This document shows positions 51,187 through 61,282 of a DNA stretch of 64,000 nt, one piece after another. The stretch comes from Azolla caroliniana (taxonomy: Eukaryota > Plantae > Polypodiophyta). The notes under the pieces are model-generated. The model saw only the letters and a program-made list of their open reading frames with translations. It made no database searches and was not told the DNA's origin. Where the stretch lies: assembly GCA_043228905.1 (NCBI GenBank), contig JBHGNT010000009.1, positions 17,546,001-17,610,000 of the forward strand, written 5' to 3'. Position 1 is the first letter of the stretch, and each line of letters opens with the position of its first letter. The translations under genes and the position numbers were made by a program.

Positions 51187-51994
51187 TGGCTAGTGAAAAC
51201 ATAATTTAAAACCAATTAAACGAAATACATGTTTGAGCTGCACAAGCTATGAATGCCATGCGAAATACTCTAACTGAAACTAATTGAAGCTTAATTGAAT
51301 TAGCCTCCCCTTCCAATGGTTACTCTTTGGGTACTCAATTACTAATAAACTAACCAAGACTAGAACTTAAATTCATACTAAGACTAGAGCTGAAAAGAGA
51401 ATATTGAAAAGAGAAGACTACAACATTTTCAAAAGAATAGATGTTTGTAGATACATTTTTTTGTGTGTATTCTTGCCTACCATAACTACTCATATCCTTG
51501 GGCTGCACTTTCATATTAACCTTCATGTTCATGGCAAGTGAAAACATAATTTAAAACCAATTAAACGAAATACATGATTGAGCTGCACAAGCTATTAATG
51601 CCATGTGAAATACTCTAACTGAAACTAATTGAAGGTTAATTGAATTAGCCTCCCCTTTCAATGGCTGCTCTTTGGGTAATCAATTACTAATAAACTAACC
51701 AAGCATTCTAATCAAACATGAAATCAATAAGCAAGACTACACTATTGTTTTTAGGCTAGTAGCTCCATCTTTCTCTATGCTAGTGAATGAAAACCAGAAA
51801 GAAAATGTGACTTCATTGCATATTAAAGTTAGAAAACTACTATCCAAGCATATGCATATTAAGGTTAAACATACCTCACACTCACAAGAATTGGGCCCAA
51901 TAAAAAATTGTCTTCTATATAGCGTAGATCTTTGTTTGTTGCCTCTGTATGAGGACAATTAATTGTCTTCAAACCAAGGTTTCGATTGATTCCT

Positions 51995-52150
51995 CGTCCT
52001 CTTTCTTCTTCTTTTTCTTCTTCTTCTTCTTCTTCGTCTTCGTCTTCTTCTTCGTCTTGGTCTTCTTGGTCTTCTTGTTCTTGTTCTTCCTCTTCTTCCT
52101 CTTCTTGTTCGTCTTCCGTCGTTTTCTTCTTCTTCTTTCTTCCTTCTTCA
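51995..52150. repeat. (TTC)n-type trinucleotide microsatellite
   Basis: Direct observation. Confidence 0.9.
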
Positions 52151-53194
52151 CTAAAATCTTTTTTTTTTTAGGGTTTTGCATACATTTTTTTTATAAATAC
52201 ATATTATACCTATTGGTTTAAAAGTACGTTAAATACCGTATTAGAAAAATTTACATGATATTTGACTGAACAACATTGACGTATAGTACGTACTATACAA
52301 AGTATGAGGTATTATACGTATTGATACGTTAAATACGCATACGCAAACAATGCTGAACATAACTCAATACAGAAATTTGTTCAACTATGGTTCCGACTAT
52401 ACAAGGTTCAAAAAGTATTTGACAACGAAACTTACCAACTATGAGAGCTAGATGGAACAATACAGTGGGTGTCTATAGCAGGAAAACGGGTAAAGATGTT
52501 CAAGAAACGAAGTGACTTGAAGCCCTACGTAACTTTAGCCAACATCAACACAAAGGAACAAGTGGACATAGATCACGGAGATGTGGGAAGCGAAGAAAGC
52601 GTCCTGGAATTAAAGATCGACATAGTGAGAGAAGTGGAGGGTACTACGGATGAAGGAGAATAATGAGCACTGACAACTTCAGCACATACTGGAGGATGTG
52701 TAGGTTCGGAGGGGGTGAGTGTCATAGTGTACTTCGTACACATTGCGAAAAACTTATGGAGTACCAAAATGAATAGGTATGAAGAAAGAGAAGAAAATGA
52801 TAAAAGAAAATATGTTACATGCATAGGGAATGGTTCGAAACTTATACCTCCATGTTAACAACCCCAAAACTTACTATTGTACTAACTTATCAAGAGCTTA
52901 TCCTTATATATATACATTCTAGGAAACTTACTCATGCACAACTAGTGTGCATGAATACTATAGTTAAAAAAAGCTTGATGCTTGCCATGTAGCGAGCTAC
53001 TCATGCACAACTAGTCCGCATGAATACTATAGTTAGAGAAAGCATGATGCGTCCCATGTGGCGAGCTATACTTAGCCTCTCCCATCACTAAATAAGGTTG
53101 GGAGCAAAATGTAAATAGGGGTTTGAATTCTTGGGGAATTATTAGGTTTCTAAAGATTGATTAATCTAATACACTATACTCATGGAATTAACGA

Positions 53195-53195
<1 letters not shown>

Positions 53196-53231
<36 letters not shown>

Positions 53232-54433
53232 TTGTGATAACGACGACATAGTTTGCTGTCGCGCCGTTGTCTGTTGCCGTGCAGTGTTGTTTGCGGCCGT
53301 TTCTCGCCATCTGCGTGCTGCACGGTCTGCTGCCATGCTGTCGTCGAGTGTCGTTTGTTGCCATCATCGGCCGTACTCTTGTGTTGTCGTGTTCTTTCTT
53401 GACGTTGCCTGGTGCCACTTGGTGTATGTGCATGGTTTGCATTGCGACTGTTGTAAAGTGCGCATCCTTGGATCATTGAGGTGTGTGGGTTTCACCTCGA
53501 GTGTTTGCCTCCGTTGGTGGGTTCTTTCGGCGTGCTCGTCGCGTGCTATGAAATGCCGATGTGATTGCGACATACACACAAACTCGGCTAAGTCTCACAC
53601 CCTTTTATTTTATCTTTTTCTTATTGACACCACAATGACGTCTAAACGAGCTAAAGAACATAAGGATATACAAGACGAGGCTATAAGTAAAGAGAACTTT
53701 TTAGATATGTGTAATCGTTTAACAAAAATAGAGATGGATATGAAAAAATGGGCGAAAGATGCCGAAACCCACAAGGAAAAAGATAGAGAGGAAAAAGACG
53801 CCCTCAAGGCCGAAATAGAGAAACTTAAAGTGGAAAACACCAACCTTAAAAAACAACTTAATGACATCGAGGTATCTCGGGAAGACGGTGAAATATCCTC
53901 CATAGAGGATATAAAAGACGAGATTAAAAAAGTTAAAGAGGAAGTTAAAAATAACATAGAGTTAGCTAAAACGGGTTGGGTAGATGTGGTTAAAAGAAAC
54001 ATTAGAAAAGAAATAAAAGATGAAAATATTGTTAATACCACCCTTGAAGAAGAGAAATGTGTCAAGTCCGACACTTAAATGTACGTGTCACTGGGCTCAA
54101 GGAAGGTGCATCCCTAGACGAGGATGCACAAACACTTGGGAAAATGTTAGGGTACACAACGACCCTACCTATCACCAAAGCTTGGAGGGCTGGACGTGAC
54201 ACAACTAGGAAGATAGCCTTAGTCCTTCAATTTAAAGACTTAGACTCTAGAATCACTTTCTTTAAGAAGAGACCAATTCTTCAAGGATTGGGTGGGGACC
54301 CTATCTATCTCGATGAAGACCTCACTAAGATGAAAATTGAGCATCACAAGAGTTGTATGCCACGAGTTATGCAAGGTCATAAAGAAGGGAATTGCGCCTT
54401 TTATTGAGACGGGTGAGGGATCATAAATGATCG
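53196..54433 (+). mobile_element. LINE 5' part: (CT)n, GC-rich 5'UTR and ORF1 (about 53635-54407, frameshifted near 54060)
   Basis: Coiled coil (EKDALKAEIEKLKVENTNLKKQL), then 'RHLNVRVTGLKEG...LVLQFKD...IYLDEDLT', an RRM/CTD-type ORF1 signature. Continues as an endonuclease after the Copia insertion. Confidence 0.7.
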
Positions 54434-57400
54434 TGTTGAGAGACAAGCTCAACATTGGGTGCATAAATGGGTGTAACCCAATGCGTAGACTGGGTGCGTA
54501 AAACTGTACGCACAATATGGCCGTAGTGGTGTGTAAACCGAGAGGCCATTAGAATGTTATTCCTCTAAAGGAATAATTTTTGGAGTAAGTGTAGGATGCT
54601 CATTTATGAGCGGTCAAGTACTGTAAGTACTTGTGTCAGCCCAATAGTCAGGGCTTGTATAAAAGGTGCTCACTGAGCACAAAGTATGTACAGAGAAAAT
54701 ACAGAGAATTATTTTTGAATATAGTTTCATTTTTCTGCTCTCTCTGTCTCTCCCTCTCCTTCTCTGTGATTTCTGCATTTTACCGAACTATCGTACTTTC
54801 AAACCGTGTACTCTGTGTCTTTCGCATACGCTTCTGCACAAGTATTCTTTTACATGGTATCAGAGCGCGAGGGTTGAGACTCCTCTGCAGCTGACAGAAA
54901 AGCTTGCGATAAAGACAGAGTTAAGTTATTATTTTTGGAAAGGATAAGACAACAATATGGACAGAGGAATGGGAAGCTCGCTACCGATTGAGAAGCTTGA
55001 CAAGAGCAATTACGCATCTTGGTCGTACAAGATGCAACAATACTTGCTTGGTCATGGTTACTGGAGTTATGTCGAAGGAGCTAATAATACAACACCCGAA
55101 TCAACACACAAAGATTTTTTGGCTTGGGAATAAACGGCAAGCAGAGTTCTTTACTGCTTTGTGTCTTGTGTGAGCGACCAACTCTTGAACTACATTTAGG
55201 ATGCTAAGACACCAAAGGATGCGTGGGCGAATCTCAAGGGAATTTTCACCATTGGCACAATGGCCAGGAAGTTGCAACTTAGGCAGGAGCTCATCAATGT
55301 CAAACAGAAAGATTTGCCTGTGGCCGATTACACAGCCCGACTCAAGGAGATTTGCAACTCTCTCGCCTCTGTCAACGTGAACGTTGAGGAGGACGAAATC
55401 GTGCAGGTTTGTCTTGGAGGGTTAGCGTCAAAGTTCGGAGCATTCCGAATGGTAGTCCGCACAAGGGAGAACATGCCTTCGTTCTTCAAGCTTCGATCAA
55501 TTTTGCTCATGGAGGAAAATCACGCGGGTGCGTCGACGAGTATGCATGTCAACGATAGGATGTTGTACAAGGAGGAAGATAGGCCCCGTGGTTGTGGTGG
55601 ATCGGCGCGCAATGGAGGCGGCCGAAAAGAGCAGAACGTGCGACATAATCGAAATGCCGGAAGCAATTCCGAACCCTCCGGAAGCAGGGGGAGTCATAGC
55701 GACACCGGAAGCCGGCAAGAGAAGGTCGCGACGGATTGCTGGTACTGTGGCAAGAAAGGCCATAGAGAGAGCGAGTGCTGGAAAAAAGAGCGGATTCGAA
55801 CAAAGCCAGATCGAGCGACGGATTGATGGTACTGTGGCAAGAAAGGCCACAGAGAGAACGAGTGCTGGAAAAAAAGAGCGGATTCGAACAAAGCTAGATC
55901 GAGCGGAAGAGAAGCAGGAAGACATCAGAAATCACACTACGCCGAGGGCTCCGAACGAGCTGGAAATGGATCGGGCCCAACCTTTGTAATGAAGCACAAG
56001 GCCAATTCGATGGTCGTGAACACCTGAAAACCAAGCAAGGTGTGGTATATTGATTCCGGTGAATCGAATCATATGACGAGTCACGAGGAATGGTTCTTGT
56101 ACTTGGAGAAACCGGAAAAGCAAGGAGTGGTCAAAATTGGAGAAGACACTCCGCATACCATCGAACATGTCAGTGAAGTTCCCCTCAGCCGCGTCGGGCA
56201 GAAAGGAAACTCATGAACGTGTTGCATGTCCCGACAATAACCAAGAACCTGGTGTCGGTCGGTCAGATTGTCAACTAAGGGATGCAAGTTTGATTCACGC
56301 ACCTCGGGTGCTACATCGAAGAGGAAGGCCAAGTTATTGTGCAAGGGCACTGTGAAGGGAGGATGTTTATCCTCAACACCAATCAAGCTGGAACCGTGTT
56401 GTTCGCGAAAGGACAGAAGGTTGAGTCAGACATCGATCTGTGGCACAAGCGGTTCAGCCACATTAACTTCCCACGGCTTCGTGAAATGCTGACGAAGAAT
56501 ATTGTTTTCGGATTGCCGAAATTTCGGGGCCGTAATGACCAAGTCTACGAAGCCTGCCAACTCGGGAAGTAGCATTGATTTCCATTCCCCAATGATTGTA
56601 ATCGTAGTCAAAATCCGCTGGATGTGATCCATTTGGATGTGTGGTGATCCATTCAATGGTATCTGTTACTCCGTATCCTTCATTGATGACTTCACTCGGC
56701 ATACCTCGACATGTACGATCGCGGAAAAGAATGAAGCCTTCAGGTGTTTCCTGAAGGTGAAAAGCCTTGCGGAAAGGGAAACAGGGCGTAAGATCAAGTG
56801 CCTACGATCCGATGGCGGGAAGGAGTACTTCTCCGACCAGTTCACGAGTTATCCATAGAAGGAGGGAATTCAACATGAATTCTCGTGTAGATATACGCCG
56901 GAGCAAAATGGCGTAGCTGAGTAGAAGAATCGGACAATTGAAGAAGTGGCCAGGGCAATGCTTGAAGAGGAGCATACGCCGAAGTTTTACTGGGCTGAAG
57001 GAGTGTCACCACATGAGTTGTATTTCGAGAAAAAACTGAACCTAGCATACTTGAGGGCTTTCAATAACATTGCGTATGTGCATGTGCCGAAGGAGAAGAG
57101 GAGGAAGCTGGTTGCCAAAGCCGAGAAGTGTATCTTGGTCAGCTATTCAAATGAGCAGAAGGGGTATAAGTGCTATAACCCCCGAACAAAGGAAGTTCGC
57201 GTAAGCCGAGATTCGCGTTCGACGAGTCCGCTTCGTGGTACTTGCCCTCACCTCCAATACCTCATGACTCCATTCCGAATTCTGAAGAAGAGGTCAGCGA
57301 GGACGAGCTGCCTCCGTGTGATGAGGAAATCGGATATCGGATAGAGAATCTGATCTCATTTCGGCTAAGTGGGCCGAATGAGGGGTTGGGACGAGATGGC

Positions 57401-60194
57401 AAACCAAATGAAGAGATGGCGAGTAGTGGAGACTCGGCCGTATTGTCCATGCGTAAAGAACCGAGGAGACGGTTTACGCGTAAAGAAAAAGGGAAGAAGA
57501 GAATGTCGGAATACGATTTCGGCAGTGCCGAGTCAGATCGGAGCCAATATGACTTCGGGCCAATCGAGAAGGAACCTTTGCGGAAGAGGTCGAAATTGAC
57601 CGAAAAGGTCGTGAAATTGGGTAATCACGAATTACGCCGATTTACCCGCTTGAAGAACCCTGTAAAAAGTTATGGGTACAACGAATACATGGCACAATGT
57701 TATGCGTACATGACATGAGTGGTGGAAGTGCATGAGCAGGAGAGCTACGCAGAAGCGGCCGAAGACGCAAACTGGCGTGCCGCGATGGAGGAAGAAATGC
57801 GCACATTATCGGATAATGAGACTCGGGACCTGGTTGACGCACCTAAAGGTGTTAAGCCGATTGGATGCAGATGGGTGTTTAAGGTGAAATACAACACCGA
57901 AGGCTCGGTCAACCGATATAAGGCCCGTTGCGAAAGGCAATGCGCAAAAGCACAATGTAGATTACGACGAGACGTTTGCGCCGGTCGCGAAGATGACCAC
58001 GATGTGCGTTTTGCTAGCCGTAGCAGCGGTGAAGGGGTGGCATCTACATTAGATGGATGTAAAGAATGCGTTCCTACAAGGTGATCTTGAGGAACAGGTG
58101 TACATGGTACAACCCCCCGGATTTCTATCCGAACAGAACACTTTGGCCATTTTCCGATTGAAGAAGTCACTATACGGACTTAAGCAAGCCCCGCGAGCTT
58201 GGAACGAGAAGATTATGCAACGATTGCGTAGAATGGGGTTTACGACATCCAAGACGGACTCTTCATTGTTCACTCGGCAAGGTCAACATGGACCGGTTAG
58301 CCTTCTACTATATGTTGATGATTTAGTCATCGTCGGTGTTGACTTGGAAGAAATCGGTCGCGTCAAGTCTCAACTCGCAGCATCTTTCGAAATGAAGGAT
58401 CTTGGAGACCTTCATTACTTCCTCGGGATCGAAGTGATCTACACCCCCGAAGGCATATTGATCAGCCATCGTCACTACGCGCTGAATATGCTCTTCAAGT
58501 TCGGGATGGTAGATTGTAAGCCCATCTCGAACCCTCTGGACAGAAACGTAAAGCTTTGCCAAGATTTAGGAAAGGCATGCGACCTGACACGGTTCCAACA
58601 GATTGTCAGAAGCCTAATCTACTTGACGATCACTCAGCCGGATCTCAGTTACCCAGTCGGCTTGGTCAGTCAATTTATGTCACAGCCCACGGCCGAACAC
58701 TTTCAGTGCGTGCAAAGGATATTGCGATATGTCAGCGGCATTAAGGACATGGCGTTGTTGTATCGGTTAGACGTAGCCGAACAATTAGTGGACTACACGG
58801 ATGCTGATTGGGCCGGAAATGCCCTCGATCGTAGATCCACATCCGGATATGCATTCTCATTAGAAAGTGCGGCGATCGCATGGAGCAGTAAGAAGTAGCC
58901 AACAGTAGTGATGTCGAGCACGGAGGCCGAATATCGAGGGGTGACTGTCGCTACATGCGAAGTCATTTGGCTGAAATGGCTATTACGGGATCTGCATGTG
59001 TAGGTGTCTGATGTGATGATGATCTATTGTGACAACCTCAACAACATCCACCTTGCGAGAAACCCTGTATTCCTTGCCCGGACCAAGCACATTGAGGTGC
59101 ATTACCATTTTGTCCGCGAGCGTGTCCTTTCTGGTGAAGCCGAACTAGCGTATGTTCCGACGGGTTGGCAGATTGCCGACATCTTCACCAAGCCCCTTGG
59201 TCTCGACAAGTTGCAGCATTTCTTGGGTGAGCTGGGCTTGCATCACCTCGTCACGCCGAACTTGAGGGAGAGACAACAGGAGCATGAACGTGAAAGGAGC
59301 GGTAGTGACTGCGATGCCGAATCGGATGAAGAATTCAATTTTGGGTTGGTTGAAGAAGCCGAAGAAGAAAACAGGGGCCGTAATCGCAAGGAAGAGCCAA
59401 AGACAACCGAACAAAGGGGAAATACAGCCAAGAAGGGCGTAAAGGCCAAGACCAAGACATGGTCTGATGTTGTCAAGGGCCTAAAAACAGAAGACGAATT
59501 AGAGACAACCAATTCGGGCGAAAGTGGAATTGAATCGGAAGTGACCAATTCAATCGAAATGTTCAATTCAGACATTACGAATCGATTGAGGTCCAAGCAG
59601 AGGAAAGGGTAGCGAAAGTGGCACCAACACCGTGAGAGTGAGGGAGTTGAGAAGGGCCACATGAGTAGACAAGCCGACCGGAAGGGTCGAAGCGCACGGA
59701 ATCGAACGGGTCGAGGAGCCAGGAGAGGCCGGAGTGAAGATCCGGAAAAGCAGATGGAACCTCAAGTTGAGCTTGAGGGGGAGTGTTGAGAGACAAGTTT
59801 AACATTGGGTGCGTAACCCAATGCGTACATTGGGTGCGTAAAATTGTACACACAATATGGCCGTAGTGGTGTGTAAACCAAGAGGCCATTAGAATGTTAT
59901 TCCTCTAAAGGAATAATTTTGGGAGTAAGTGTAGGATGCTCATTTATGAGTGGTCAAGTACTATAAGTACTTGTGTCAGCCCAATAGTCAAGGCTTGTAT
60001 AAAAGGTGCTCACTGAGCACGAAGTATGTACAGAGAACATACAAAGAATTATTTTTGAATATAGTTTCATTTTTCTGCTCTCTCTGTCTCTCCCTCTCCT
60101 TCTCTGTGATTTCTGCGTTTTACTGAACTGTCGTACTTCCAAACCGTGTACTCTGTGTCTTTCGCATACGCTTCCGCACACGTATTCTTTTACA
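54434..60194 (+). mobile_element. Structurally complete Ty1/Copia LTR retrotransposon with decayed gag-pol
   Basis: 5' LTR 54434-54854 and 3' LTR 59784-60194 (TG...CA). PBS TGGTATCAGAGC at 54855-54866 (tRNA-iMet). PPT GAGGGGGAG at 59775-59783. TSD GATCG/GATCA. Gag starts at 54969 (MGSSLPIEKLDKSNYASW). Zinc knuckle CWYCGKKGHRESEC, protease WYIDSG, integrase LRSDGGKEY, RT MDVKNAFLQG/LYVDD, RNase H YTDADWAG/IADIFTKPL. Multiple stops and frameshifts. Confidence 0.97.
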
Positions 60195-60912
60195 GATCAC
60201 ACCAATAATTGACAACGTGTGGCCCATGTGACAGAAAATACACTTAGGATGACCTTATGGAATTGTAATGACGCACTCTGGACACACCCCGACCGCCTAC
60301 ATGAGATATTAAAGGTATCAGATATACTTTTCTTGGTAGAAATAGACCAAAGCCCAAATAGAGGACTCCCACGAGTCGAAGGATTTTGTTGGGAGTCCGT
60401 TTTTAGACAAACCTCACGTCGATGCACTTCTAGGGGATCTGGAGGTGTCACAATTTTGTTTCAGAGAGAGCTACATAATAGGATAGAAATACTGAGGATA
60501 ATCTAAGAAGATCGTTTTATGTTGGTGCAAGTCTCCACAAGCAAGGACAAGGCAATATTTTTCGCCATTTGTTACTTTCCCCCGAAAGGATCTCGTTGTA
60601 ATCTGGTTGGCGAGGCGAGATTAGTTGATGAAGGAGTGCCACATGAGCCTTCCCCATACGAACCTCTATAGGATGACATAATCCGATATTCTTCCCAAGG
60701 AGAAGTATTCCTTGTAGGAGACTTCAATGCTAGAACCCAATCCCGACAATGCACAATATTTCAGATGAATAGAAACCTAGAAATGGTAAATGTCGATCCC
60801 TTAGACATAGGCACCACACGTAGATCAAAGGATCAAGGTGCGGACGCTACAAGCTTTGGCCATCATTTGCCCGAACTTGGCAATCGGCACCGGATGGTCA
60901 TATATAACTAAT
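60195..60912 (+). mobile_element. LINE ORF2 AP-endonuclease, a 3'-truncated continuation of the LINE at 53196
   Basis: 'LRMTLWNCN', 'DILFLVE', 'SGGVTILF', 'AICYFPP', 'FLVGDFNART', 'FGHHLPELGNRHRMVIYN'. Contains stops. Confidence 0.85.
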
Positions 60913-60919
60913 TATTCTT

Positions 60920-61050
60920 CACCTTCTCTATCTGATTCTACCAAGAAAGAAGAACCAATTACACCTTCTCTATCTGATTCCACCAAGAAAGAAGAACTAG
61001 TTACACCTTCTCTATCTGATTCCACTAAGAAAGAAGAACCACTTACGTAT
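60920..61050. repeat. 42-bp tandem repeat x3, plus a fourth degenerate copy at about 61178
   Basis: caccttctctatctgattc.ac.aagaaagaagaac at 60920, 60962 and 61004. Confidence 0.9.
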
Positions 61051-61282
61051 ACAAGTTTTCCTCTTGGTCTCTCAATTTGTAAAGTTAAGATATAGTTCAA
61101 ATGTCCTATTAGTTAAGAATTTTCTAACCTACTGAGAATACTATTCCAACTTTGTGACACCCAAATTACTTATCCTTCACCTTCTCTATCAGATTCCACT
61201 AAGAAATAAGAACCACTTTTGCAATCCATTTTTGTGGTCTACCAATTTGTAAAGTTGTCTCAAATAATATTTGAGGGAATAA

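Larger units (their letters stand above)
49237..52355 (-). mobile_element. Non-autonomous hAT element carrying a transposase 3' end and a captured PPR fragment
   Basis: Flanked by the direct repeat AACATAA (49230-49236, 52356-52362). Inverted subterminal blocks of about 40 bp rich in TACG/CGTA lie at about 49275-49312 and 52306-52343. Contains hAT dimerisation-domain exons and an internal direct duplication of about 170 bp (51192-51360, 51537-51703). Confidence 0.75.
48300..52720 (+). mobile_element. Ty3/Gypsy integrase region split by a hAT insertion, followed by a PPT and the 3' LTR start at 52720
   Basis: Integrase core 'IADRGELG..AMEFFAKHKVQLTLTTTYNPEANEKIERGH...LPYALWADRTTHSSVT' and 'IEEGDWV.VYDNSLD'. 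The frame resumes after 52356 as 'QKFVQLWF..YKVQKVFDNETYQL.ELDGT'. PPT GGAGGGGGTGAG|TGTCA. Confidence 0.8.

Noticed and set aside
53182-53634. N-terminal half of the 298-aa ORF as a Cys-rich protein
   Set aside because: It reads through (CT)n and the GC-rich LINE 5'UTR; ORF1 more plausibly starts at the Met near 53635.
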